The notes under the pieces were generated by a model that had not been told where the DNA came from, made no database searches, and saw nothing but the letters and a program-made list of their open reading frames with translations. Position numbers and translations under genes: made by a program. A DNA stretch of 64,000 nt from Glycera tridactyla (taxonomy: Eukaryota). Below are positions 53,030 to 64,000 of the stretch, in pieces (within the stretch, counting starts at the first letter, position 1; each line of letters begins with the position of its first letter). Location of the stretch: positions 97,402,001-97,466,000 of the forward strand of contig OZ286459.1 of assembly GCA_965644265.1 (NCBI GenBank), read 5' to 3'.

Positions 53030-53600
53030 CAGTGAAAGATTATGTCAGATATCGGAATGAGAGAGAAGGTCTCATGTATAGGGCTAGGAGAAATAGTTGG
53101 ATATATGGGGCTGAGTGGATGATCCTTCATGAGAGACTTGGACAAAAGGTCTCTTATGTAGTGTTGGGAGGGATGATCTCGTATGTAGAGCTCAGACTGA
53201 TGGTCTCACATGTTGGGCTGGGATAGATGAGGTGATATGTGTGACTGAGGCAGATGGTCCCGTATGTGTGCTGGGAGGAATCATTTTATATGTGGGACTG
53301 GCATAGATGATCTGATATCCGGGACTAGAGCAGATAATTCTATATGTGGAGCCGGAAGGGACACTCCCAAATGTTGGGCTGGGATAGATGAGCTGATATG
53401 TGTGACTGAGGCAGATGGTCCCGTATGTGTGCTGGGAGGAATCATTTTATATGTGGGGCTGGCATAGATGATCACATATGTGTGACTGGGGCAGATGGGC
53501 AACTATGTGGACTGGGAAAATTATGCTGGGCTGTGAGGAATGCTTTCAATTGTTGGCTAGGGCAGATAGTCTTACATATGATGCCGGAAGGACACTTTCG
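53030..53600. repeat. Minisatellite of about 27 bp with a 161-bp higher-order duplication
   Basis: Monomers resemble ATATGTGGGACTGGCATAGATGATCT. Near-identical blocks start at 53211 and 53372. Confidence 0.8.
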
Positions 53601-54913
53601 TATGTGGCGCTGGGATGGATGATTCCACATGTGTGAGTCAGACAGTCTCATGTGAAGGGCTACGAGAAATAGTTTCATATATGGTTTTCCATTCAGTTCC
53701 AAAGCCCTCAATTCGTATTCTCTCAACCGAACCAAGAATCTAATATGATTATGCAGAAACGATTCTGCAAGATTCAGCTATGTTATTATGAGAGTGTCAT
53801 GCTGGATCTTGGCGATGTGACTTCACTAATGCATTTTCGCTGTTCTATTGGCAATATCTGAATCTTCCCATGCGTTCTGTATATCAACGCTATAGAAGAT
53901 AACAGCATTCAATTCCAGGCAAATTCAATCATGATATTTCACTGGATAGACACAACGTGGCACTTGCATTGAGCTACCTTCCTCCTCCAGTTTCTATCAC
54001 TCGCATAGAAATATGTGGGGTTATAGGATATGCTTCCAAGTGCTTCTCTGAAATCACTACGTTTCTTTTCTCAATTCTGGTCATCATATGTGTCTGGCGA
54101 AGTACAAAAACCATTTTTCTATATGCAGAATCAGCTTTTTAATCCCTTGATCGGTTAAGAAATCAGCATCATGGCTTATTAATTTTCAGCATCATGTCTC
54201 AGAATGAAATGTTCAATTAGTAGGAAAGACTATGCCAATCTGTATCAGAGATTTCGATCCGATTGTTCTATCGGTCATCAAGCAAAGAATGGGATTCAAT
54301 CATCTCAAATAGTTGCTGAAAATCAATAGGCACCACAATGAATTGCTGTGAATCCCTATACTCGCAGCAATGTATTGGTATCACTATGATAAAGCTAGTT
54401 CAGCCATCTCAGTGTGTGGAGAGGAACAGTATTTTTTTGGTTGGTGTCTGAGGCACCGTCAGCACGAGCCTATAAGATTATATTATAGTATGAAGACGAT
54501 TTATTGTCAATGGCTGACACATGGATGCCTAGACTGGTCTCGGTACCTCGCCTTGTCTTCACGGCCACCGACACATAATCACGCAAATAATATCCACATG
54601 CTATGACCCTCTCTTCTTTTATAATCAAATCAGGGAGCAAGCTGACGGCAGTAGATCAATCCCAGGCCCACATGGTATGCATGCGGCCTATCTACTTGGA
54701 GCCCATATCAAGCCATGGAGAAAATATCCACAACAAATCCATTCACCTGAAAATGTAAGATGCATTCGTTTGCGTGATTCTTGCGAATGATATATTTCAT
54801 TGTGGCATGGTAGCTCAACTGGAGACTGAGAGGTTCCGACCTACAGTGCTGTTGATATATCTATTTCTGGACGAGAGATCTCATCTTGGTGGGACTGAAG
54901 CCTCCAGCTGTGA

Positions 54914-55965
54914 GTGAATCCTGAACACTCTTGGGCTTTCTTGTGCACCTATACTGATGAGCATTATTGTGATTACTGTGGGACACCTGAACATAGACCA
55001 AACGCTAGTGACATGCAAATTGTGTGCCTGCTGTCCACGTTGGCTATAATAACACTACTTCCACTAACAACCATCGACTACCTACACGAAATATCTCTTC
55101 GCAAATTCGAAGAGCTCGTTGTTCTTCATACATGTTGTGAAACTCCGAACAATCTACGAGTAGACACACATAGATTTCGAAAAAATAACAGAGTCATGAT
55201 AATTGACTGGAGTATTTTGCTCTCAGGTACGCAATCTTTCAAGAAGTTGAGACATCAGTTGACCTTCACAACTGCAATTACCTCGATTGATCATGCATGG
55301 GGGGATCATTCGGACTTCGGCCTCACAGGCAAGGCAGTTTTCCGTCAGATTGTCTTCTGGTAGATAGAATTCTGACTTTTCCATCATCATCGATAATTGT
55401 TGAGCAACATATATCAGGGCGGAAATGGATCGATTGTCCTTTCTCTACTTACTAACTTTCAGTCGTATCTTGTACAGAATTCCCATGTCCATTCTCAAAC
55501 GTTTCTGGTGTGACGGTCGAAAGTTTACGCAGACTGGAGATTCTCTCAGTTTGCTATCAGACCATGTCAACCATTTGTACCACCATGACAACTGGCTACA
55601 CACTGTATCATCAAGAAAATCAAGTGGGTTGTGGGGAGTGGGTGAATCTCCACATACGTGTCCATGGTCATTCAATGGTGCTTATCAGAATTCTTGCTTT
55701 ACTCCAGCTCAGATGCTGAGTTGTTATAAACGATGTGGCTATGATACCAATCTGTGAACATCACCTAGTATACATTTTTCATAAGAAGACACTACCTAGT
55801 AGTTGCTAGTCGAGTTGCTGAGCGGGGTTTGTATGTTTATGATCATCAGCTTTCGCTGTACTGTTATTGGAGCTGGACTGGGCGTGATGGGATTCCATTA
55901 TCATTGCAACGATTGCAAGGCCCGCTGTCATCATCCTTGGTGAACCCAATTTAAGCAGATACTAG
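54914..55965 (+). pseudogene. Possible heavily decayed rhodopsin-type GPCR
   Basis: Scattered across frames: LGLSCAPILMSIIVITVGHLNIDQTLVTCKLCA (TM2-EL1-Cys-like), STLAIITLLPLTTIDY (TM3-like), RVMIIDWSILLS (TM4-like), LSSSLVNPI* followed by FKQIL (TM7/helix 8-like). Several frameshifts are needed. Confidence 0.22.
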
Positions 55966-57104
55966 ACAAGTCTGGTCTTTGTCATACCTCACTAGCGTGT
56001 ATGCTGCGACAACCGAAATATATGATGACCTTGCAGTCATTTCACTCATATAAGATTGTATGCCTTCTTACAGTATGTGCTATCTGAGGCTCCTTTGTCG
56101 AACATCCATAATGTACACCCTATACTAGTCGATCCTACAATATCAGACTATCAAGCTTGATGATGAAGATCCGCCATGTTTGTCAGATTCCTACGATCTG
56201 AACATACCTCATATAGTTGTTGTGACAGATATGATGAAAGATAATGGAGAGGGAGAGGTTCATACTCAAGACAGCCTATACTATTTGACATTGACTGGTC
56301 ACCACTTCATACAACTTGGCAACTGGAGACGCCTGAGTCAATTTCTAGTATTCAACCTGATGGTGAAACACGATCTGTGGTGGAGAATTTTTTTCCGGAA
56401 TCATAGGAACCTGGATAAAATGCCACCACTGTGATGATAGTGGTGTGTTGGATATTGTTGTCCTTTCAGCAATACATCCATCCACCCATTGGGTATATCC
56501 CTATACTCTGATCAGGATACATCGCCGAGGAGCATTTAATTGGATGTTCCTACCCAGTGCAAGGAGGGAAGAGCAACAGATACTCGACAACGGCGAAAAG
56601 GGTAACACTTTTCCACTAAGCATCGACTACTCCAGAAAGACCTTCTTGCGTTGATCATAAAAGTGGCATCGGAAGGAGAGGTACTCTAAAAAAAGGGTGG
56701 GGGCATCGAAACAGGAGGTAATCGGAGACATGACCTCAGGTGATATAGATGAATAAGACACAATTCCGACTTGCACGCACTATGAGGCAAGCAAAATTCA
56801 ATGATCATCAAATCATATCAATAGTTTGAAAAAATAAGGTGTGGTGATATGATTCAGTGATGATAAGTTCAGTACTTTGACGACAGATAATTATAAAAAA
56901 AATGTGAAAAAAAACATTGGCGGAAGTTGGAAACTGATTTCTTTGCATGCTAACTGGTGGGTGGATGGGTGATTGGGTGGATGGGTGTTGATCGCGTTGG
57001 AGTGATGATGATCATGTCTTGTGGGAAATATCAAGTTGAAAATTTAATGAATTCTAATAATAACAAGACACTCGATACACATGCAGCTATACACCGAATG
57101 TACC

Positions 57105-58360
57105 TGCAGTGATACCCATACCCTCAGCACCTCAGCAGCAGCGATATGCTCAATAAAGCAGCAGTAACACTCTGAATACACAGGCAGCACTACCATCAAC
57201 ATAGCTTCATCAATACATCGCACATATCAGCAGTGATACCTATACCCTAAGCACCTCAGCAGCAGCGATATGCTCAATATAGCAGCAGTAACACTCTGAA
57301 TACACAGGCAGCACTACCATCAACAGAGCTTCATCAATACATCGCACATATCAGCAGTGATACCCATACCCTCAGCACCTCAGCAGCAGCGATATGCTCA
57401 ACATAGCAGCAGTAACACCCTGAATACAAAGGCAGCACTACCATCAACAGAGCTTCATCAATACATCGCACATATCAGCAGTGATACCCATACCCTCAGC
57501 ACCTCAGCAGCAGCGATATGCTCAATATAGCAGCAGTAACACCCTGAATACACAGGCAGCACTACCATCAACATAGCTTCATCAATACATCGCACATATC
57601 AGCAGTGAGACCCATACCCTCAGCACCTCAGCAGCAGCGATATGCTCAATATAGCAGCAGTAACACCCTGAATACACAGGCAGCACTACCATCAACATAG
57701 CTTCATCAATACATCGCACATATCAGCAGTGATACCCATACCCTCAGCACCTCAGCAGCAGCGATATGCTCAACATAGCAGCAGTAACACCCTGAATACA
57801 CAGGCAGCACTACCATCAACAGAGCTTCATCAATACATCGCACATATCAGCAGTGATACCCGTACCCTCAGCACCTCAGCAGCAGCGATATGCTCAACAT
57901 AGCAGCAGTAACACCCTGAATACAAAGGCAGCACTACCATCAACATAGCTTCATCAATACATCGCACATATCAGCAGTGAGACCCATACCCTCAGCACCT
58001 CAGCAGCAGCGATATGCTCAACATAGCAGCAGTAACACTCTGAATACACAGGCAGCACTACCATCAACAGAGCTTCATCAATACATCGCACATATCAGCA
58101 GTGATACCCATACCCTCAGCACCTCAGCAGCAGCGATATGCTCAATATAGCAGCAGTAACACCCTGAATACACAGGCAGCACTACCATCAACATAGCTTC
58201 ATCAATACATCGCACATATCAGCAGTGATACCCATACCCTCAGCACCTCAGCAGCAGCGATATGCTCAATATAGCAGCAGTGACACCCTGAATACACAGG
58301 CAGCACTACCATCAACAGAGCTTCATCAATACACCACACACATCAGCAGTGACACCCTCA
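57105..58360. repeat. Tandem array of 10 x 124 bp
   Basis: Unit starts (GA[T/G]ACC) recur exactly every 124 bp from 57111 to 58227, with a partial eleventh at 58351. Units differ by only a few SNPs. Confidence 0.98.
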
Positions 58361-60278
58361 GAACATGAACAGCAATACAGTAGATGCATCATTCGTCATA
58401 CCTACAACAGATAAGCCACAAGGCATCAGCAGTAAAAAAGGTAATAGAGCGGTGATGTATCATATCCCATTGTATGGTTCATGGCCATCATCCTCGCATT
58501 CACGATGCACCCCGTGCATTGCAATACAAGCTGGTCGAAGTTGACTGTTCATAAGCAAGCATGATTGTAACGTTGAAGCTAATGATGTACTTATGCCATA
58601 TCCAGTTTCATCATGTCCATGTTGAACGGGCAGAAGTGGGTGTGTCTGAACTGCCAACTACTCCCAACGTGAAAGTGATACCTGCAAAGAAAAGAAGATA
58701 TATACTTTCTCAGTGAACAATCACAGTAGCACCTCCTCAAAAGTCTGTAGTACACCTGCAATACAGACTCCATAATATGTGGCTTTAGCTGAATTAGTAA
58801 TTTATGAACGATGCTTGGCTTGGGACCAGCAGAAGTTGCTCATGCACTTGCTACTGTTGCGATAACTAATTTGGCTGTATGTGGGCATTGGAATAGTTGG
58901 AATAACCGACGATCTGCTTTCTTCAAGCTATATAATACTGCCTAGAAATAGTGTCGTCCTGTCCATGAAGGCTGATGCCTTCAAATTAACAAGAGCACTT
59001 GCTGGTGTAGAAAATATAGAGGGATAGCCGCACTTCTGCCAAAGGCTTCCCAATGACATCTCGCTGTTGCAGATGCTGTCGGTAATGTCGCTGTGGTTGA
59101 TGCTTCCATTTTGACCAAAGATGTTAAAGTTGGACTGCCGAGGCTGACTCAGTGCACAATTTCAAAGAATGTCCACATCAGTCACTTTGTCTTTTTCTCC
59201 CAGGACAGCTGTCTAGACACCTCGGTTGTTGATGTAGGAGTGGGAAGGCAGGTGTCTGATGAATGGGTCTCATCTTCATCATCATCAACAGCAGTAGCTA
59301 CAGCAGCAGCAGCCGAGTTGTTACTTCGTAGCGGTGCACACTTTGCTGGATAACTCACTTTCACTTTCATCTGTAACATCATCTGTGGCTGAGTTTAGAC
59401 TGATGAATAGTTTGCTCCGCATCAGATGTACTTTTATACGGAACACAATATTATGCTTCACACCAAATCATTTCCTTCATCTGAGAGTCGGGAATCTGCG
59501 AATGAGTGAAGTCTGGTGCACCAATTACCCTGCTTCCCTCACTTCCATTCAACGAATGCTTGCTCATTGTATATCCCACTAAATAGTGAAGTACATTTGC
59601 TTTACAATATTCATGCTGGTAAATCTCAGGGTATTGGTGATGAGAAATCGCACATTATTCATTGCAGTGGATTTTTCTCAAGATGTCTTTCTTTGTGTAA
59701 TGTTAACAGATCACCTTTTATTCCAAATGTCGCTTAATTGATATGGCTTGAAGGAGTTTATTTATCACGGTTTTCCCTTCTCAGTCATCAGCAGAAAAAG
59801 GCTATGGAGATCATGGATGGTGGATCCCAGGTTGTCATTATGAATACAGGGTGTCCCCTAAGTGCTGGTCTTATCGTGAATATTCTTTGAGAGCATAAAA
59901 TCATTTTCTTGAATCAGTACAATTTCCGACAAGACATCAGTCCGATTCTGCCGGGAATCCACTGTTAGGGGAATTACCTGTGCAACTTGGCCACAAATGT
60001 TCTGCATGTCATTTCTACTTGGCGCCAGTTTCTGTCTAATCAAATCTGCTTGTATTGTCTTCACATATTGTTGATCTGTCTTTGTAGCAATAACCCAAGT
60101 TCAAATCATACTGAGTTTCCTACCAATGGAGATAAGCTGAAAACTTTGAATGGTTTGATTCACTCTATGTTTGATATAGTGAAGCAAATGATAATATCTA
60201 CTTTACCGTACAGAATTGGGTCCATCACGAAGGCACGTCCTTTTTCCAATGTATGGTCATCCTCTTGATATTGTTCAA

Positions 60279-60887
60279 TCATATAAGTAATGAATGGAAA
60301 AAAATGTTCGTATATTGACTGGAAGATGCCCAATAGTATCGAAAGGATTTGAAGCTCTGTCCTATACAGATTGATATCACAAACATGGAGAATTCCAAAT
60401 TGACCGACATGTGGGTGTTTAAATATTTGTATATTAATTCCCAACAGTGTGATAATGGAGACATCGTAGATCAATGCAGTGATACATCAGCTATCATCCG
60501 CCTCCCCCTCGCGCTTTAGATGCCTCGTGTGGTATTTATGTTGATCATACAGAATGCAAATCCAGAGGACCAAATTAAAGTACTTTGTTCATGCCCCCAG
60601 ATAAAACCAACTTGTATTGTTAAATAGGCAAATCCAGTGAATATGACAGCATTGGCAATGAAAGATATCGATTGTCTGTCTTCTGGACTACGGTGTATGC
60701 ACACGGCAAGAATGCATACTATGATAATGATGAAGATGTCGGAAAACCCCTCCCACCTCTGTAGAATACTGCATGAAACCGACGCATAACGATCACTCTC
60801 AAAAGTGATAGCATGATATAGTAAAACATGTATCAAGTCGATACTATATTCAGAAGCCAACTGTCTCAAGCGACCACTCAATGATTT
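60279..60887 (-). pseudogene. Rhodopsin-family GPCR-like pseudogene fragment (TM3-TM7)
   Basis: One frame with two internal stops (60516-60518 and 60471-60473). It reads HVLLYHAITFESDRYASV (DRY at 60786-60794), then IFIIIIVCILAVCIHRSP with Cys at a 4.50-like position and Pro 10 residues later, further hydrophobic segments, SHCWELIY, and FVISICIGQSFKSFRYYWASSSQYTNIFF. NPxxY is not intact in this frame. Confidence 0.38.
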
Positions 60888-60909
60888 CTAGAGCTTGCGT
60901 ATTCGCCAC

Positions 60910-60998
60910 TTCAATTTACCTGTATAAGGCAACCGCCTGTGTAAGGCAACCCCCTCTTTTTGAACCACTGGAGTGGCTACTCGATTATAGGTTTCTCT
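60910..60998. mobile_element. Degenerate Tc1/mariner-type MITE
   Basis: ACCTGTATAAGGCAACCGCCTGTGTAAGGCAACC..GAGTGGCT..TATAGGTTT; same architecture as 28090-28218. Confidence 0.5.
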
Positions 60999-61204
60999 TC
61001 AATCAAATAGTAATACACTCATTAGTTTTCCTGTCACCAGCCCATTTGCTCCATTCCCGGGTCTTCTTAGGATTTTGCTAGTTCACTCATCGAAAACTTC
61101 ACTAATATCGGATCCAGTCTTAAAATGGTTCCCACCAAAAAGGCTCATGGCATGGTACACAAGACACTTTTTATATAGTTTTGAAGACGGCGGTGAACTC
61201 GTCT

Positions 61205-61483
61205 ACAATCACGTCAACCACAATTACGTCAACCGCAATCACGTCAACCACAATCACGTCTACCACAATCACGTCAACCACAATCACGTCAACCACAATC
61301 ACGTCAACCACAATCACGTCAACCACAATCACGTCAACCACTATCACGTCAACCACAATCATGTCAACCACAATCACGTCCACCACAATAATGTCAACCA
61401 CAATCACGTCCACCACAATCACGTCCACCACAATCACGTCCACCACAATCACGTCAACCACAATCACTTCAACCACAATCACG
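61205..61483. repeat. 15-bp minisatellite (AACCACAATCACGTC) x about 18.5
   Basis: The unit is directly readable and gives the NHVNH, STTIT and VDVIV repeat ORFs. Confidence 0.97.
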
Positions 61484-64000
61484 AGCATGAAGGCGATTGA
61501 CACTCCAGTCTGATAGCAAATCTTCACAGCGATGTGCAGTATATAATCAAGAATGCGTGTACGATCTCGAACTGCTTCGTAAGGGCGACGTGGTCGACGA
61601 AAAAACGACGAGATAAATTTGATTGGGTTTGGTATCTGAAACTCTACCTCGTTCAGAAAATTCTGCTTCCCGAGATAGTGGCTTCCAACTTCATTTCATG
61701 AGAAAAAACCATAATCCACAATACGATTGTCATTAGCTGTGATGCACTTCCATTCAGATTGTTGACTGCAAGTAGGCTTTTTATCAAGAACCTTTTTGTA
61801 TCATGGTTAATATCAACATCATAATCTGTATGATTGTACGTAAATTGAAATAAGATATTGTATTGTATGAAAAATGAGTGCGCATGATGAGAAAATGCCA
61901 TGATAGCATGCTGTGAGCCGGACTAGAAGGTCATGTTCATATGATCATGTACAAATGCAATATGCATGATGTGATGTATGCCGCTTTGAGTATGCTCTTC
62001 GGATTACGATTGCTGAAAGATGGGCTGGTCATCAGTAGCATGCTGCCAGGGAAGAAACGAAAGTGCATGCTTGGAACAAGTTCATGCCTAGTTGAATAAT
62101 TTTACGAAATGAATACGAGATGATGTCTCGAGAAAGGATTTCGTTAAGTAGTTGAGAGGATGCTTAGGGCAGCGACCACTCTATCAGATCCCATGGGGAT
62201 ATCATGCTTGCCTTTCTCTAGGGAGATACGTGGTTCGTTATTCGTGAAGGTTTGGATATTATATGGACCTACAGATGAACTATCAATAGGATCCATGTCT
62301 CTAATCCAATATATTCTATGTGATTATGATCATCATCTCGATGACAGATGATGTGTGGACGAGTTTGCACAGTTGAATATGTTGCGCCATCCTTTAATAT
62401 CATTCGCTTGTGTATATGTGACCTATATACTCGGATATATGTGACTGATATATCTGAGAGCATTTGACTCATCCACTCGCGACATATGTGCTTGCATACA
62501 TGTGACTACATACTTGTATTTAAATGTCAATTATGTGCTTTCATCTATATGACGCATGTATATGTGAGAAAGATCACTACATGAGCTGGAAGTAATTCGT
62601 CTTATGCAGTCTATTTATGATAACTCATGAAGCATTCATATACACAACATATCTTTTCGGTAATCTTGGTATATGTCATATACATATATAGTGAGTGCAT
62701 GCACGTTACCAAATAGCTTATCTAAAGCTGAGGTGAAACTAAAACAATAAAATCACCCACCAACTACTCCAGTTTTAGCGATGGCTTTTGATGAGCAGGC
62801 CATTAAGGTTGAGTTGATTACGTAACTGCCAACACATCCCACGTGGCGATCTCTCCCTCCCTCCTCCCCATCGTACTGACATCACAGGCACGAACATTAC
62901 TGCACATTAAACCATGTCAGTCCCTTTGGGGCAATGAGCCTCCAATCATCTCGAGTGCAGTTTAATATAATTAAACATTCCAGTTGAGCAAATATTTGTC
63001 TGCTGTTTTTTCACTTGCTGGAGACTGCTAGCAGAGTGGAGTGCAGCTGAGTTGCATTATGGGATGGAGGGTTTTCCGGTGGCATGGGCCAGCTTCCTGT
63101 ACAGCTTATTGGGATCCATTAAAGTAAATACTATACCTCTCACATTACCTTTTTATTAGCCATAAATCGTTGACGTTCTTGCTTATCATGAGTGACATGT
63201 GACCGATATGAGGTAGCTAATGTAGGACACTTAGGAATTATATGACAGATTCTCCTTTTACAACGACTCCCACCAACGAGATGCAAAATTTGTGCTTCAC
63301 GGTCTGATATTCTTGACAATGTCGCCTGTCATCATAGTCTTGAGGGTAGCAGCACGAAACTCTATATCGATTCAACGTTCACACCGTATGAAAATGAATC
63401 GATTGACTGGAATCGAACATATCCTTCAGTAGGTCATGGTCATATGAGTCTGAACGAAGAATTCAATGACGAACTTCATCGTTATATAGATATCTTATAA
63501 AATCTACCCTATCGGTTGAAGAAAAGATCGCTCCGATGTGAAGATTTTAATATCACGCTCATTCCAAAATAAAGTTACTCTGAGCCTACTTTTTGATTCG
63601 ATCATGTGCGAATATGTGCATTTTCTTTTATTTACCTTCACTCTTGCCATGAGAATTGTCAGGTATATATTGTTCTTGATACCACCTTGATGGCCAATCT
63701 GGACTACCCATGTGACGAATTATATCCGACAGAGACAACACGCATAAGAGGATTTTTCTGTTACTCACTTTTCTGCCATGAGAACAAACTATTTTCAGCC
63801 CAAACAAGACGAGCTTGTTAATCTGTGATTGTTGAGTCCCCACACCTTGCAAATTATTCTTAATTATGCCAAATGATATTATATCCTCGGCTACTGCACA
63901 TCCCTCTGTCTCCTGGGCTAAGAAATGCATGGTTGGTAGCATCGAATACAAACATGATACAATGGGCCATATTGAGATTGTCAAAAAAGGCCGAATATGG

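Noticed and set aside
57105-58360. Regular direct repeats considered as a CRISPR array
   Set aside because: There are no unique spacers, the units are contiguous 124-bp near-identical copies, no cas genes are present, and the context is eukaryotic.

Overview
This is eukaryotic (animal, probably invertebrate) genomic DNA from a gapped draft scaffold with nine N-runs. Most gaps sit next to simple or tandem repeats. I found no intact, confidently recognisable host gene, and no rRNA, tRNA gene or CRISPR array. Most of the short ORFs in the track are low-complexity, gap-spanning or chance ORFs. Well-supported transposon remnants are: a CR1/L2-type LINE RT (1-745, -); a 5'-truncated Penelope-like element with a GIY-YIG domain and a degenerate hammerhead-like tail (1176-2010, +); a Kolobok-like TTAA-flanked element (6887-7763); a P-superfamily-like element with 29-bp TIRs, 13-bp subterminal IRs, a 7-bp TSD and a THAP-like relic (9136-10049); and the RNase H/CCHC 3' end of an I-group LINE (11340-12350, +). 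There are also several MITEs, a dispersed SINE-like family, and many micro- and minisatellites, including a 10 x 124-bp higher-order array. Weaker signals are decayed rhodopsin-type GPCR-like frames (best at 60279-60887, -) and a few candidate exons. I did not find convincing evidence of a previously undescribed biological system. All family assignments come from reading motifs by eye, not from database searches.
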